Of a stretch of 64,000 nt of DNA, positions 1-9,304 are shown one piece after another. The stretch's first letter is position 1; every line of letters begins with the position of its first letter. The notes under the pieces were generated by a model, which ran no database searches, was not told where the DNA came from, and saw only the letters and a list, made by a program, of their open reading frames with translations. The stretch is from the NCBI GenBank assembly GCA_030536615.1, contig JAUNPQ010000003.1:6484-70483 (forward strand), read 5' to 3'. The DNA is from Bacteroidales bacterium (GTDB lineage: Bacteria; Bacteroidota; Bacteroidia; Bacteroidales; Muribaculaceae). The translations under genes and the position numbers were made by a program.

Positions 1-6
1 TTTTAT

Positions 7-14
7 TACCTTTG
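7..14 (+). promoter_or_regulatory. Bacteroidetes sigma-A -7 promoter element (TACCTTTG) for the met leader/operon
   Basis: Exact match to TAnnTTTG, 20 nt upstream of the leader ATG; the -33 element would fall outside the window. Confidence 0.75.
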
Positions 15-33
15 CCCCCATATAAGACAACCA

Positions 34-135
34 ATGACCGTTTTCCACAACACATATTCAGTCATGACAAGCACTGACATTGCAAACAACATGTCAATGT
101 CCATGATGATGTGCAACCGCGGGAACCGGCTGTGA
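34..135 (+). CDS. Met-rich leader peptide, 33 aa: MTVFHNTYSVMTSTDIANNMSMSMMMCNRGNRL
   Basis: Hand translation, ATG 34 to TGA 133-135; 7 Met codons, five of them in codons 20-26; lies between the promoter and terminator upstream of metY. Confidence 0.8.
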   Translation: MTVFHNTYSVMTSTDIANNMSMSMMMCNRGNRL

Positions 136-205
136 GTGCTTCACATACATACACAACATACATAAGACCGGTTCCCTGATACCACAGTGGAGCCGGTCTT
201 TTTTT
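121..205 (+). promoter_or_regulatory. Transcription attenuator: antiterminator (121-129 with 168-176) versus intrinsic terminator (164-175 with 189-200, then U-tract)
   Basis: GGGAACCGG/CCGGTTCCC is a perfect 9-bp stem; AAGACCGGTTCC/GGAGCCGGTCTT is a 12-bp stem with one G-U and a T run at 199-205; the two stems share 168-175. Confidence 0.8.
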
Positions 206-238
206 ATAAAGTATCAGAAATAAAAATATTTATAGACA

Positions 239-1537
239 ATGAATCTGAAAGAACTCCAATTTGAGACACGGCAGATACATGCCGGCCTGACACGCGATGA
301 CTCAACCTGTTCACGTGGCATAGCCATTCATCCCACCGCCGCCTATAGGTTCAGCACCTGCGAATATGCGGCCAATCTGTTTGATCTAAGCGAGCCCGGA
401 AACATCTACAGTCGCTTGCAGAATCCCACCACTTCAGCCTATGAGGAACGTGTCGCCGCCCTTTACAAAGGTGTGGGTGCGCTTGCCACCTCGTCCGGGA
501 TGTCCGCCATCCTGACCGCTATCACATGCCTGGCATCAGCAGGCCAGAACATTGTTGCCTCACCTCTGCTTTACGGGGGAACATACAATCTGTTCCGACA
601 CACATTGTCACGCCTCGGTATAGAAGTACGCATAGCCACATCTACCGCGCCTGATGATTTCGCAACACTCATTGATGACAAAACACGTGCGGTGTTTGCC
701 GAGAGCATGGGCAATCCTACCTGCGAAGTCCCTGACCTGCAAGCTCTGGCTGCGATTGCCGCGGAAGCAGGCGTTCCTTTCATCGTTGACAATACATTCG
801 GGGCATGCGGGTATCTATGCAATCCTTTTGAGTGGGGAGCAGACATCATTGTCGACTCAGCGACAAAATGGATCAACGGACATGGCACGGCGATGGGGGG
901 CATAATCGTTGACAGTGGAAATTTCAACTGGGGCAACGGCCGCTTTCCCAATATTGACGGGCCATCGGAAGGATATCATGGACTGAATCTCTACAAAACT
1001 TTCGGTAATGCCGCATTCATAGTAAAATGCCGTGTGGACGGCCTGCGTGATCTTGGCAGCTGTCCGTCTCCTTTTGACAGCTATCTGATGCTTCTGGGAT
1101 TGGAAACACTGTCTCTTAGAGTGAGACACCAGGTTGAGGCCACACGCCGGCTCGCCGAATATCTGCGCAACAGCAAGGCTGTAAAAAAAGTAAGCTATGT
1201 CGGGTTTCCCGACCATCCGTCGCATGACAACGCCGCCAGATATTTCCGCTTCGGAGCTTCAGGCGTACTCAATGCCGAACTAATCGGAGATGTGGACACC
1301 ACCGCACGTTTTGTCAATTCTCTTGAACTTGCAGCTCACATGACCATGATAGGCGATTCCATCACCGTTGTCACTCATCCGGCCTCAACCACTCATAAAC
1401 AACTCTCAGCCGATGATCTGAAGAAAGCAGGAGTCACTCCTACCCTGCTGCGTATCTCCCCCGGGCTTGAAGATGTTGAGGATATCATTGCAGACTTTGA
1501 ACGGGCCTTTGCCAAAACTTTAGATGGTCGTGTTTAA
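239..1537 (+). CDS. metY: O-acetylhomoserine sulfhydrylase (aminocarboxypropyltransferase), PLP-dependent
   Basis: Cys/Met metabolism PLP fold: YSRLQNPT, SSGMSA, DSATKWINGHG (PLP lysine), LLRISPGLED. Confidence 0.9.
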   Translation: MNLKELQFETRQIHAGLTRDDSTCSRGIAIHPTAAYRFSTCEYAANLFDLSEPGNIYSRLQNPTTSAYEERVAALYKGVGALATSSGMSAILTAITCLASAGQNIVASPLLYGGTYNLFRHTLSRLGIEVRIATSTAPDDFATLIDDKTRAVFAESMGNPTCEVPDLQALAAIAAEAGVPFIVDNTFGACGYLCNPFEWGADIIVDSATKWINGHGTAMGGIIVDSGNFNWGNGRFPNIDGPSEGYHGLNLYKTFGNAAFIVKCRVDGLRDLGSCPSPFDSYLMLLGLETLSLRVRHQVEATRRLAEYLRNSKAVKKVSYVGFPDHPSHDNAARYFRFGASGVLNAELIGDVDTTARFVNSLELAAHMTMIGDSITVVTHPASTTHKQLSADDLKKAGVTPTLLRISPGLEDVEDIIADFERAFAKTLDGRV

Positions 1538-1548
1538 TAACAGATGTT

Positions 1549-2568
1549 ATGACTAAATTCTATCATCATGACAAGCCTTTCTGTCTGGAACTTGGAGGCA
1601 TCCTGCCCGAGTTGACAATAGCGTATCACACCTACGGCACTCCGGATGCGGACGCAGGCAATGTCATATGGGTTTGCCATGCCCTTACTGCCAACAGCGA
1701 TGTGGCCGATTGGTGGCCACATACTGTTGAGAAAGGAGCGTTTCTGGATCCGGAGCGTTTCTTCGTGGTCTGTGCCAACATTCTGGGGTCACACTATGGC
1801 ACAACAGGTCCACTCACCCCTGATCCTGTCACAGGCCGGCCTCTCTACAATGATTTTCCGGCACTAACAATCGCCGATATGGCACGTGCCCACTCCCTAT
1901 TGGCCGATGCTCTTGGAATAAAACACATAAACACCCTGGTAGGAAGTTCGGTAGGTGGCTTTCAGGCTCTGGAATGGGCCGTTCAGGAGCCAGGACGTTT
2001 CAGCCGTCTCATTCTCATTGCCACTGATGCCAAAGCCTCACCCTGGACAATCGCCATTGATGAGACACAGCGCATGGCCATAAAAGCCGACGCCACATAC
2101 GGAGAGCCCCGCGATGATGCCGCCATGAACGGCCTTGCTGCCGCACGTGCCATCGGTATGCTGACTTACCGTGGTCCGGACGGCTACAACCGCACTCAGC
2201 AGGATGATGACTCAGCGCCACTGTCAGCGCCAAGACGCGGATGCACATACCAGCAGCATCAGGGCATGAAACTATGCCGCCGCTACAATGCATACTCATA
2301 CGTCAGAATTCTTGACGCCTTTGACACTCACGACATCGGACGCGGACGCGGAGGCGTGGAAGCCGCCATCAAAACCCTTACGATGCCGACAACAGTAATC
2401 GGGATATCATCAGACATAATTTTCACGCCGGCCGAGATGCGCCGGCTGGCATCATGGTTCCCTGATTCAACATATCACGAAATCAACTCAGACCTGGGAC
2501 ATGACGGTTTTCTGGTGGAACACCGTCAGCTCAACAAAATACTTTTGAACAATGAACAGCAAGACTGA
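1549..2568 (+). CDS. metX: Homoserine O-acetyltransferase (MetX family)
   Basis: WVCHALTANSD, GSSVGG nucleophile elbow, C-terminal GHDGFLVE; operon context. Confidence 0.9.
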   Translation: MTKFYHHDKPFCLELGGILPELTIAYHTYGTPDADAGNVIWVCHALTANSDVADWWPHTVEKGAFLDPERFFVVCANILGSHYGTTGPLTPDPVTGRPLYNDFPALTIADMARAHSLLADALGIKHINTLVGSSVGGFQALEWAVQEPGRFSRLILIATDAKASPWTIAIDETQRMAIKADATYGEPRDDAAMNGLAAARAIGMLTYRGPDGYNRTQQDDDSAPLSAPRRGCTYQQHQGMKLCRRYNAYSYVRILDAFDTHDIGRGRGGVEAAIKTLTMPTTVIGISSDIIFTPAEMRRLASWFPDSTYHEINSDLGHDGFLVEHRQLNKILLNNEQQD

Positions 2569-3772
2569 CATAAAAATTGGCCTTTTCGGATTCGGGACTG
2601 TAGGCCAGGGCGTATACAAAGTCCTCGGACAGACAAAGAATGCCCATGCGGAGATAAAACGGATATGCGTACGCAATATAACGCGGCCCAGAAAGACAGC
2701 CACACCCGCCGGACTTCTGACGGATAATGCTGCTGACATTTTCGATGATCCTGAAATAAACCTGATCGTTGAACTTGTGGATGACGCAGACGCTTCTTTC
2801 CGGATAGTTTCACAAGCCCTTTGCCGCGGCATTCCCGTTGTGTCAGGCAGTAAAGCCATGATAGCACGCCATCTGCCTGAATTGATAGAAATGCAGCACG
2901 CCCACAACACTGCGTTACTCTATGACGCATCCTCATGCGGCTCAATACCTGTAATCCGAAATCTTGAGGAGTACTATGACAATGATCTTCTCCTTGAAGT
3001 CAAAGGCATTCTGAACGGCTCATCCAACTACATTCTTTCACGCGTCTTTGATCATGGAGAGAACTACACCGATGCGCTGCAACACGCTCAGGAACTCGGA
3101 TTTGCCGAAAGTGACCCCACTTTTGACATAGAGGGTTATGACGCCCTTTTCAAACTGATCATAATAACAGTCCATGCTCTGGGTCAGTTTGTGCCTGCTG
3201 ACCGTGTCTTCACTGTAGGCATATCACACATCCGGGACTGCGACATACGCTATGCCCGTGAAAAAGGGCAGAAAATAAAACTTGTGGCACAGGTGGCAAA
3301 AGTGAGTGACAGATCATTCACAATGTTTGTCATGCCTGAGCTTGTGGAAAAATCCAAATACATTTATAGCGTTGATGATGAATATAACGGAGTGGTGATA
3401 CGCGGCGAATGTTATGACCGTCAGTTCATGTTCGGCAAGGGCGCAGGAGGACTACCAACTGCCTCGTCCATACTATCGGACATAATGGCCCGACGACATG
3501 ATTACAGGTATGAATACAAGAAAATGAAATATGTGGACCGGCCATCCTATACCACAGATGTTACCATCCGTGTATACATCCGCTATGACGAGACACCTGT
3601 CCCCACGCTCATTCCGTTTACAAAAGTCTATGAGCAACTGATCACTCCTAAAGACAAATATATCATCGGCGATGTTCAGCTCAGCGATCTCATTGCACGC
3701 CGCCGGCTGTTTGACTCACATGATGTGTTCATTGCAAATATCCCTGTTTTATACACAGACCGCGACAACTGA
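2552..3772 (+). CDS. hom: Homoserine dehydrogenase
   Basis: GLFGFGTVGQG Rossmann motif, GILNGSSNYIL, GFAESDPTFDIEGYD, GKGAGGLPTAS. Confidence 0.9.
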   Translation: MNSKTDIKIGLFGFGTVGQGVYKVLGQTKNAHAEIKRICVRNITRPRKTATPAGLLTDNAADIFDDPEINLIVELVDDADASFRIVSQALCRGIPVVSGSKAMIARHLPELIEMQHAHNTALLYDASSCGSIPVIRNLEEYYDNDLLLEVKGILNGSSNYILSRVFDHGENYTDALQHAQELGFAESDPTFDIEGYDALFKLIIITVHALGQFVPADRVFTVGISHIRDCDIRYAREKGQKIKLVAQVAKVSDRSFTMFVMPELVEKSKYIYSVDDEYNGVVIRGECYDRQFMFGKGAGGLPTASSILSDIMARRHDYRYEYKKMKYVDRPSYTTDVTIRVYIRYDETPVPTLIPFTKVYEQLITPKDKYIIGDVQLSDLIARRRLFDSHDVFIANIPVLYTDRDN

Positions 3773-3776
3773 CTTC

Positions 3777-5783
3777 TCAGAAGCCAAGCGCAAACGGTGT
3801 CTCCGAGATATCACGATATGGTTTTCCGGCAATCCGCAGTTCACGTCCAAACCGCTTTCTGAGGCGCCGGTCAAGACTCGCCGCCAGCAGAACAGTATCT
3901 GCGGAAACGCGATCTGCGGCATGGAGCACATCGCCGGCAAACCCCTTTCCGACAATCAGATAATTCACACCCGGAGCACTCAGAGACACTGTGTCCGTGT
4001 TCAGGATAGCAAAACTTCTGTCACCAACAGTCAGAAAGCGTCCCACACGGTTTATTGATCCGCATTCAAACTTATCCGGAGCTTCTGTCAGCTCCTGTTG
4101 TCCGCGACGTCCCAAATAATCCGCGTATAGCCGCGTGGCATACTGTGTTGCCTGCGGCTGTACGCCATCTGTAATGATAAAAGTTTTCTGCTTCTGGTGT
4201 ATGATTATATCTGTATACCCATGCCGCCGGGGGATATAGAGGGCATTCCCGTCATCCTCCGGTATATGAAATGCAAATGACACAATCACAAAGACAAGCA
4301 TCATTGCCCCGCTACACACCACAAGCCGCCGCTTGCGGAACGTTCCCCACCCCATGACAGCAACTGCAGCCAGATAAACAACCATCTGCCACCATTGAGG
4401 ATATATGTCTGTAATCGCCGCATATGGCAGCGAGGCGAAAAATGACACCGTACCGTCCAATGCCATATGCAGCCAGTCAAGAATACGTGCCAATATATCT
4501 ATATGCACCCCGCATGCCGCAATCACAGCCGCCACTGCTCCAAAGCCCACCAACAGAGGCACCATAACGCCGGCAACCACATTCACCGGCAGGAACCACA
4601 CCGGCAGTTCATGAAAATAAAACGCTGTGAGCATTGACGTTGCCGCCATTGCTATGACGGGCACAGTGACATAGCTCATTACAAGGCGCAGCCGGTGAGA
4701 CAGCGTAAGCGGACACAGCAGCGGATTGAGCCACAGTATGGCCAGCACAGCCGTAGCCGACAGTTGCAGTCCGGCCGAGAAAAGCCAGAAAGGATTTATG
4801 CACAGCCATATGAGCACAGAAACGACCAATGAATTATACGGCGATGGATGGCGACCAAGCATTTTAGAGGTCATGAATACAACAGCCATTACGGCTGCGC
4901 GCCCGACCGATGCCGAAAATCCAGTTGCAGCAGCATAGAGCAACACCGTTACAACCAACAGCGTATACGCCACATATCTACCCTTAGGGAGAGCATGCAA
5001 CCCCGTTAACAGCAGTGAGGCCAGAAATACAATCACACCCACATGCAATCCGCTGAGTGCAAGGATATGTGCAATGCCTGCCGTGCGAAACTCTTCTTTA
5101 GTTGAATCGTCAATATAATCATCATCACCGGCAACTGTGGCAATGAGGAAATCGGTTGTCGGGACATCACAGCCAATCCCGGCTATGGCATGCTCCATGG
5201 CCAATGATGCCTTGTGCCTGAACGCCTGCAACGCGGATGGTTTACTGCCCGTATATTTTATATTCTCTCCTTCCGCCCACAATAGTGCTGATACTCCGTT
5301 ATTCCTACACACTTCATACATATTCCGTTCATCAGGCAGATCAGTCTGCCTGTCAATGACATAAATCACACCTCGGCAACTCACTGCATCGCCGGGACGG
5401 AAATATTCATGCGGATGACTTATGTTCATCAGGAGCCGCAATGACACGGAATATCCGTCAATACTGTCCACATCCACATAGTAACGTGACAATTCCGGAT
5501 CACCGTACTGTTTGTCGACTATGGCGTTAACCGTGACCGTTCTGCCTGTATATGCGGTCGGGACAGATTCAGGCATTCTGGCGTTTGTCATGAAAATACC
5601 CACGCCCACAAAAACTGTCATTGCCGCCAGCCATCCTCGTCGCAGCATCCACAGAGCCATGCCCGCAAGTATGGCGGCAACGGCCCAGAGAGGTCCGGCA
5701 TCCACGCTAACTCTGAGCAGGATGCCCATCACCGTCCCTGCCAGCAATGGCAATGCCGGGACACGCGACAACGGATATTTCAT
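3777..5783 (-). CDS. comEC: ComEC/Rec2 family competence membrane protein
   Basis: GIAHILALSGLHVG, SVGRAAVM, SAGLQLS motifs; many transmembrane segments. Confidence 0.85.
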   Translation of the reverse strand: MKYPLSRVPALPLLAGTVMGILLRVSVDAGPLWAVAAILAGMALWMLRRGWLAAMTVFVGVGIFMTNARMPESVPTAYTGRTVTVNAIVDKQYGDPELSRYYVDVDSIDGYSVSLRLLMNISHPHEYFRPGDAVSCRGVIYVIDRQTDLPDERNMYEVCRNNGVSALLWAEGENIKYTGSKPSALQAFRHKASLAMEHAIAGIGCDVPTTDFLIATVAGDDDYIDDSTKEEFRTAGIAHILALSGLHVGVIVFLASLLLTGLHALPKGRYVAYTLLVVTVLLYAAATGFSASVGRAAVMAVVFMTSKMLGRHPSPYNSLVVSVLIWLCINPFWLFSAGLQLSATAVLAILWLNPLLCPLTLSHRLRLVMSYVTVPVIAMAATSMLTAFYFHELPVWFLPVNVVAGVMVPLLVGFGAVAAVIAACGVHIDILARILDWLHMALDGTVSFFASLPYAAITDIYPQWWQMVVYLAAVAVMGWGTFRKRRLVVCSGAMMLVFVIVSFAFHIPEDDGNALYIPRRHGYTDIIIHQKQKTFIITDGVQPQATQYATRLYADYLGRRGQQELTEAPDKFECGSINRVGRFLTVGDRSFAILNTDTVSLSAPGVNYLIVGKGFAGDVLHAADRVSADTVLLAASLDRRLRKRFGRELRIAGKPYRDISETPFALGF

Positions 5784-5850
5784 TTAGAAAGTGATTTATA
5801 ATGATCGGTTATCAGGCTGTTTTTCAAAATATGGACCGGCAATGAAGATA

Positions 5851-6618
5851 TCACAGATCATTGCCGGTCCATATGCGCCACGCCGCCAATGCCTGACGGT
5901 GCAGCATCTCAAGACCGTTCTTAATGGCGCATCCCTGTGCGGCACACTTTGTCAGAAAGGCCGTCAAGGGAGGGTTATAGACAAGATCAAAGCATATATG
6001 CGATGGCGTGAGACGCTCATAGGGTATATCCACGCATCCGTCAGTAACCGGATATGTGCCCAGAGGTGTGGCGTTCACAAGCACATGGAAACTCTCTATC
6101 ATTCCGGACTGACGCAGATCCTCATAGGTATATACACCCTCCGCGGCATGGCGTGACACCTGATGGACAGGAATACCGTTCACTTCGAGAGCCCTGCGTG
6201 CAGCTTTGGCTGCCCCTCCCGTGCCGAACACAAGTGCTGTGCCGGCATACGCCTTGTCTGACAACAGACAGCAGAATGAGTCTGCAAAGCCAATGATGTC
6301 AGTATTATAACCTTTGAGGCTTATCTTACCGCCCTCTCTCGTTATGCCGATCACATTCACAGCACCGACAGACTTTGCCGTGTCATCAAGTTCATCAAGA
6401 AAGGCCACGACTTTCTCCTTGTAAGGAATTGTCACATTCAGCCCGCACAACTGCGGCTCATCCTCAACAAGCCGGCGTAGAACGCCGATATCTTCAATGT
6501 CGAAATTTCTGTATTCGGCATCAATTCCCTTCCTTTCAAAAGCAGCATTGAAAAAATCGCGGGAAAAAGAATGGCCCAGAGGATGCCCTACAAGGCCATA
6601 AATGCGTCTGCCTGCCAT
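5851..6618 (-). CDS. aroE: Shikimate dehydrogenase
   Basis: GLVGHPLGHSFS, GLNVTIPYK, GAVNVI, GYNTD, GTGGAAKA, DLVYNP; ATG at 6618. Confidence 0.9.
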   Translation of the reverse strand: MAGRRIYGLVGHPLGHSFSRDFFNAAFERKGIDAEYRNFDIEDIGVLRRLVEDEPQLCGLNVTIPYKEKVVAFLDELDDTAKSVGAVNVIGITREGGKISLKGYNTDIIGFADSFCCLLSDKAYAGTALVFGTGGAAKAARRALEVNGIPVHQVSRHAAEGVYTYEDLRQSGMIESFHVLVNATPLGTYPVTDGCVDIPYERLTPSHICFDLVYNPPLTAFLTKCAAQGCAIKNGLEMLHRQALAAWRIWTGNDL

Positions 6619-6625
6619 CACCGTG

Positions 6626-7486
6626 TCATTCGGTTTTGCTGATACGTTTAAGCGTCAGCACCTGTGCACCGTCACTGTTGGCAAACGCCACCGTATCATC
6701 ATTCACTGCGACGGCTGAAACCGTTTCCTCAAGTGCTACAAGCATAAGCCGCTCCTGATCTCCTTTGGGACATGCCATTCGTGTCACACCCATTCCGGAG
6801 AAACTGATGGAATTGGGAACGTCAGGACTTACAAGGATCTCGCCGTTGAAATAATTGCAACCGGTATTACCATGTATTTTCAGTGAAGGGATATCAATAA
6901 ACACATTGGCTTCATCATCGTTGATGGCTTTGCCGTTGATGGCCGATACACGCCATTGGCCGTTAAGAAACTGAAGATTATGGCGTACAAGCGTCATCAG
7001 AGATTTGCCTGAATGGCTGTTGAGATACATGTAACTTTCCTGCCCAATGCGTTTTACAAAGACACGGACATCCTTGCCATCGGCAAGAACCTTGTTTATG
7101 GCTGCCTCATAGGGCGCATCATGACATAATTTCATTGTTGCGGCGACATTACGGAATTTCAGTACATTCCCCTCCAATGCGTAGGCTCCGTTGAGGACAT
7201 TGCATCCGTTGGAACTGTAGAAACGGCCCTCGCCGGGAACAAATGTCAGATAAGGAAGATCCTCGTCGCCGGTCACTTTTATATCTCCGACCTGTGTAAT
7301 GGACCACTCACCGGCAATGTCCGCCGGCAACGTTGATGCCGGCTTGGCCTTGGATGCAGACGTTGAAGGCTGTCCGGATGTCTGATTTGAAGAAGCTGTG
7401 TTCTTGCCAAGCAGGGAACATGAAGATGCGGTGACAGTCATCATGACTGACAGAAATACGATTATTGTTATCTTACCTGATTTCAT
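6626..7486 (-). CDS. META-domain (HslJ-like) lipoprotein with two META domains
   Basis: Lipobox ASSC; two copies of W-x-I...GCN-x-(L/F)NG...(T)xMxC; ATG 7486 preferred over 7510. Confidence 0.75.
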   Translation of the reverse strand: MKSGKITIIVFLSVMMTVTASSCSLLGKNTASSNQTSGQPSTSASKAKPASTLPADIAGEWSITQVGDIKVTGDEDLPYLTFVPGEGRFYSSNGCNVLNGAYALEGNVLKFRNVAATMKLCHDAPYEAAINKVLADGKDVRVFVKRIGQESYMYLNSHSGKSLMTLVRHNLQFLNGQWRVSAINGKAINDDEANVFIDIPSLKIHGNTGCNYFNGEILVSPDVPNSISFSGMGVTRMACPKGDQERLMLVALEETVSAVAVNDDTVAFANSDGAQVLTLKRISKTE

Positions 7487-7581
7487 AATGAATATATTTT
7501 TCGATATCAAAAAAAGTTGTTAGCGTCTGTTTTTTGAACATCTCCACATGCACAAATGTTGCGGGCATACGGTTCACAATG

Positions 7582-7641
7582 CAAAATTAACCATTTTTAT
7601 TAACAGGAAACACCGCGTCTATCTAATTTATGTTAACTTTG
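7582..7641. promoter_or_regulatory. Divergent TAnnTTTG promoter elements (minus 7582-7589; plus 7634-7641)
   Basis: CAAAATTA (reverse complement TAATTTTG) and TAACTTTG between divergent genes. Confidence 0.55.
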
Positions 7642-7723
7642 TGACGCAAAACAGTGGGACAACGTCCCGACAAAGTTGTTTTGCGGAATTGTTCTCCAAG
7701 CAAAAACCATAATCCTCAATGAT

Positions 7724-8248
7724 ATGTCTTCCGTATTAAAATGTCTGACTGCCTGCATTGCTCTTTCCGTGGCAGCCATCTCAAATCCATCAACCGCTTA
7801 CGGTGCAGGACGCCACGAGTCAACTTTCGGAATAGAAGGCGGATGGACCTCACGCAATGAGAGCGCGATTGCCGGCATATTTTATAGTTACCGTTTCACG
7901 AACCATTTCCGTCTGGGCGCCGACGCAGACATCGCTTTCCGCAACAACAACCGCGATGCGCTTCTGCTTGATGTGGACGCCCATTTCCCCATTGCCATGA
8001 GCGCCAAAACGGAATTCTATCCGCTTGCCGGCGTGAATTTTTCAGCGTGGAGCCACCACATTCCGGCAAACGACATTGACAATACGGACGATGTAACAGA
8101 CAGATACTCCCATCTTGGACTTAATCTTGGAGCGGGATTCGGATTCAGACTCACATCCACACTCAAAATAAACATACAGGCACGTTATTCGCTCATAGAA
8201 GCCAACTCTGGCGTGCGCATAACAGCCGGAATAGGATATGTTTTCTAA
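7724..8248 (+). CDS. Outer-membrane beta-barrel (porin family) protein
   Basis: Signal peptide, alternating beta strands, C-terminal GIGYVF; ATG 7724. Confidence 0.75.
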   Translation: MSSVLKCLTACIALSVAAISNPSTAYGAGRHESTFGIEGGWTSRNESAIAGIFYSYRFTNHFRLGADADIAFRNNNRDALLLDVDAHFPIAMSAKTEFYPLAGVNFSAWSHHIPANDIDNTDDVTDRYSHLGLNLGAGFGFRLTSTLKINIQARYSLIEANSGVRITAGIGYVF

Positions 8249-9292
8249 ATGACCACAAACAGACACACCTCAAAAAAACCGACAATCATACTGGGCATCG
8301 AGTCATCGTGCGATGACACCTCAGCCGCCGTAATCGCCGATGGCATTCTGCTCAGCAACGTCATAGCCAGCCAGAGTGTTCATGAGGAATATGGCGGGGT
8401 TGTCCCCGAACTTGCCTCACGTGCACATCAGCAGAATATTCTTCCGGTAGTTGACACCGCACTCCGCCGTGCCGGCATCAGCAAACATGACCTGAGCGCC
8501 ATAGCGTTTACACGCGGGCCGGGTCTGTTAGGGTCGCTGCTTGTGGGCACAAGTTTTGCAAAAGGCATGTCTCTGGGCCTACGCATCCCGATTGTCGATG
8601 TCAACCATCTGCACGGACACGTGCTTTCACATTTTGTACGCAAGGAACAGACAGACCGCGTACCGGAATTCCCCTATCTTTGTCTGCTCATCAGCGGCGG
8701 CAACTCGCAGATTGTTCTTGTCAGGGCATATAATGACATGGAGATTCTTGGCCAGACAATTGATGATGCCGCCGGCGAGGCTTTTGACAAGTGCGCCAAG
8801 GTCATGGGTCTGCCCTACCCCGGCGGCCCGCACATTGACCGTCTGGCCGCCGAGGGCAATCCACAAGCGTTCAAGTTTGCAAAACCTCATATCCCCGGTC
8901 TTGACTATAGTTTCAGTGGCCTGAAGACATCTTTCCTCTATACACTGCGTGACAATCTGCGCCTCAACCCCGCGTTCATTGAAGAAAACCGCGCTGACCT
9001 GGCAGCCTCACTGCAACGCACAATCATTGAGATTCTTATTGACAAGTTGTCGCAAGCCGCCCGCATGACAGGCGTAAAGACCATAGCCATAGGCGGCGGC
9101 GTATCGGCAAATTCAGGCGTGCGCAAAGCCGTGGCCGACTTCTGCAAGCAAAACGGCCTTGAGGCATTCATACCGGAAAGGGCATTTACCACTGACAATG
9201 CCGCCATGGTGGCTATAGCCGGATACTATAAATATCTTGACGGCCTTTTCTGTCGTTATGAGGACGCTCCATTTGCACGCGTCACAATCTAA
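8249..9292 (+). CDS. tsaD: tRNA N6-adenosine threonylcarbamoyltransferase TsaD
   Basis: ILGIESSCDDT, GGVVPELASRAH, HLHGH, DDAAGEAFDK, DNAAM. Confidence 0.95.
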   Translation: MTTNRHTSKKPTIILGIESSCDDTSAAVIADGILLSNVIASQSVHEEYGGVVPELASRAHQQNILPVVDTALRRAGISKHDLSAIAFTRGPGLLGSLLVGTSFAKGMSLGLRIPIVDVNHLHGHVLSHFVRKEQTDRVPEFPYLCLLISGGNSQIVLVRAYNDMEILGQTIDDAAGEAFDKCAKVMGLPYPGGPHIDRLAAEGNPQAFKFAKPHIPGLDYSFSGLKTSFLYTLRDNLRLNPAFIEENRADLAASLQRTIIEILIDKLSQAARMTGVKTIAIGGGVSANSGVRKAVADFCKQNGLEAFIPERAFTTDNAAMVAIAGYYKYLDGLFCRYEDAPFARVTI

Positions 9293-9304
9293 AAATCCAC
9301 AAAG

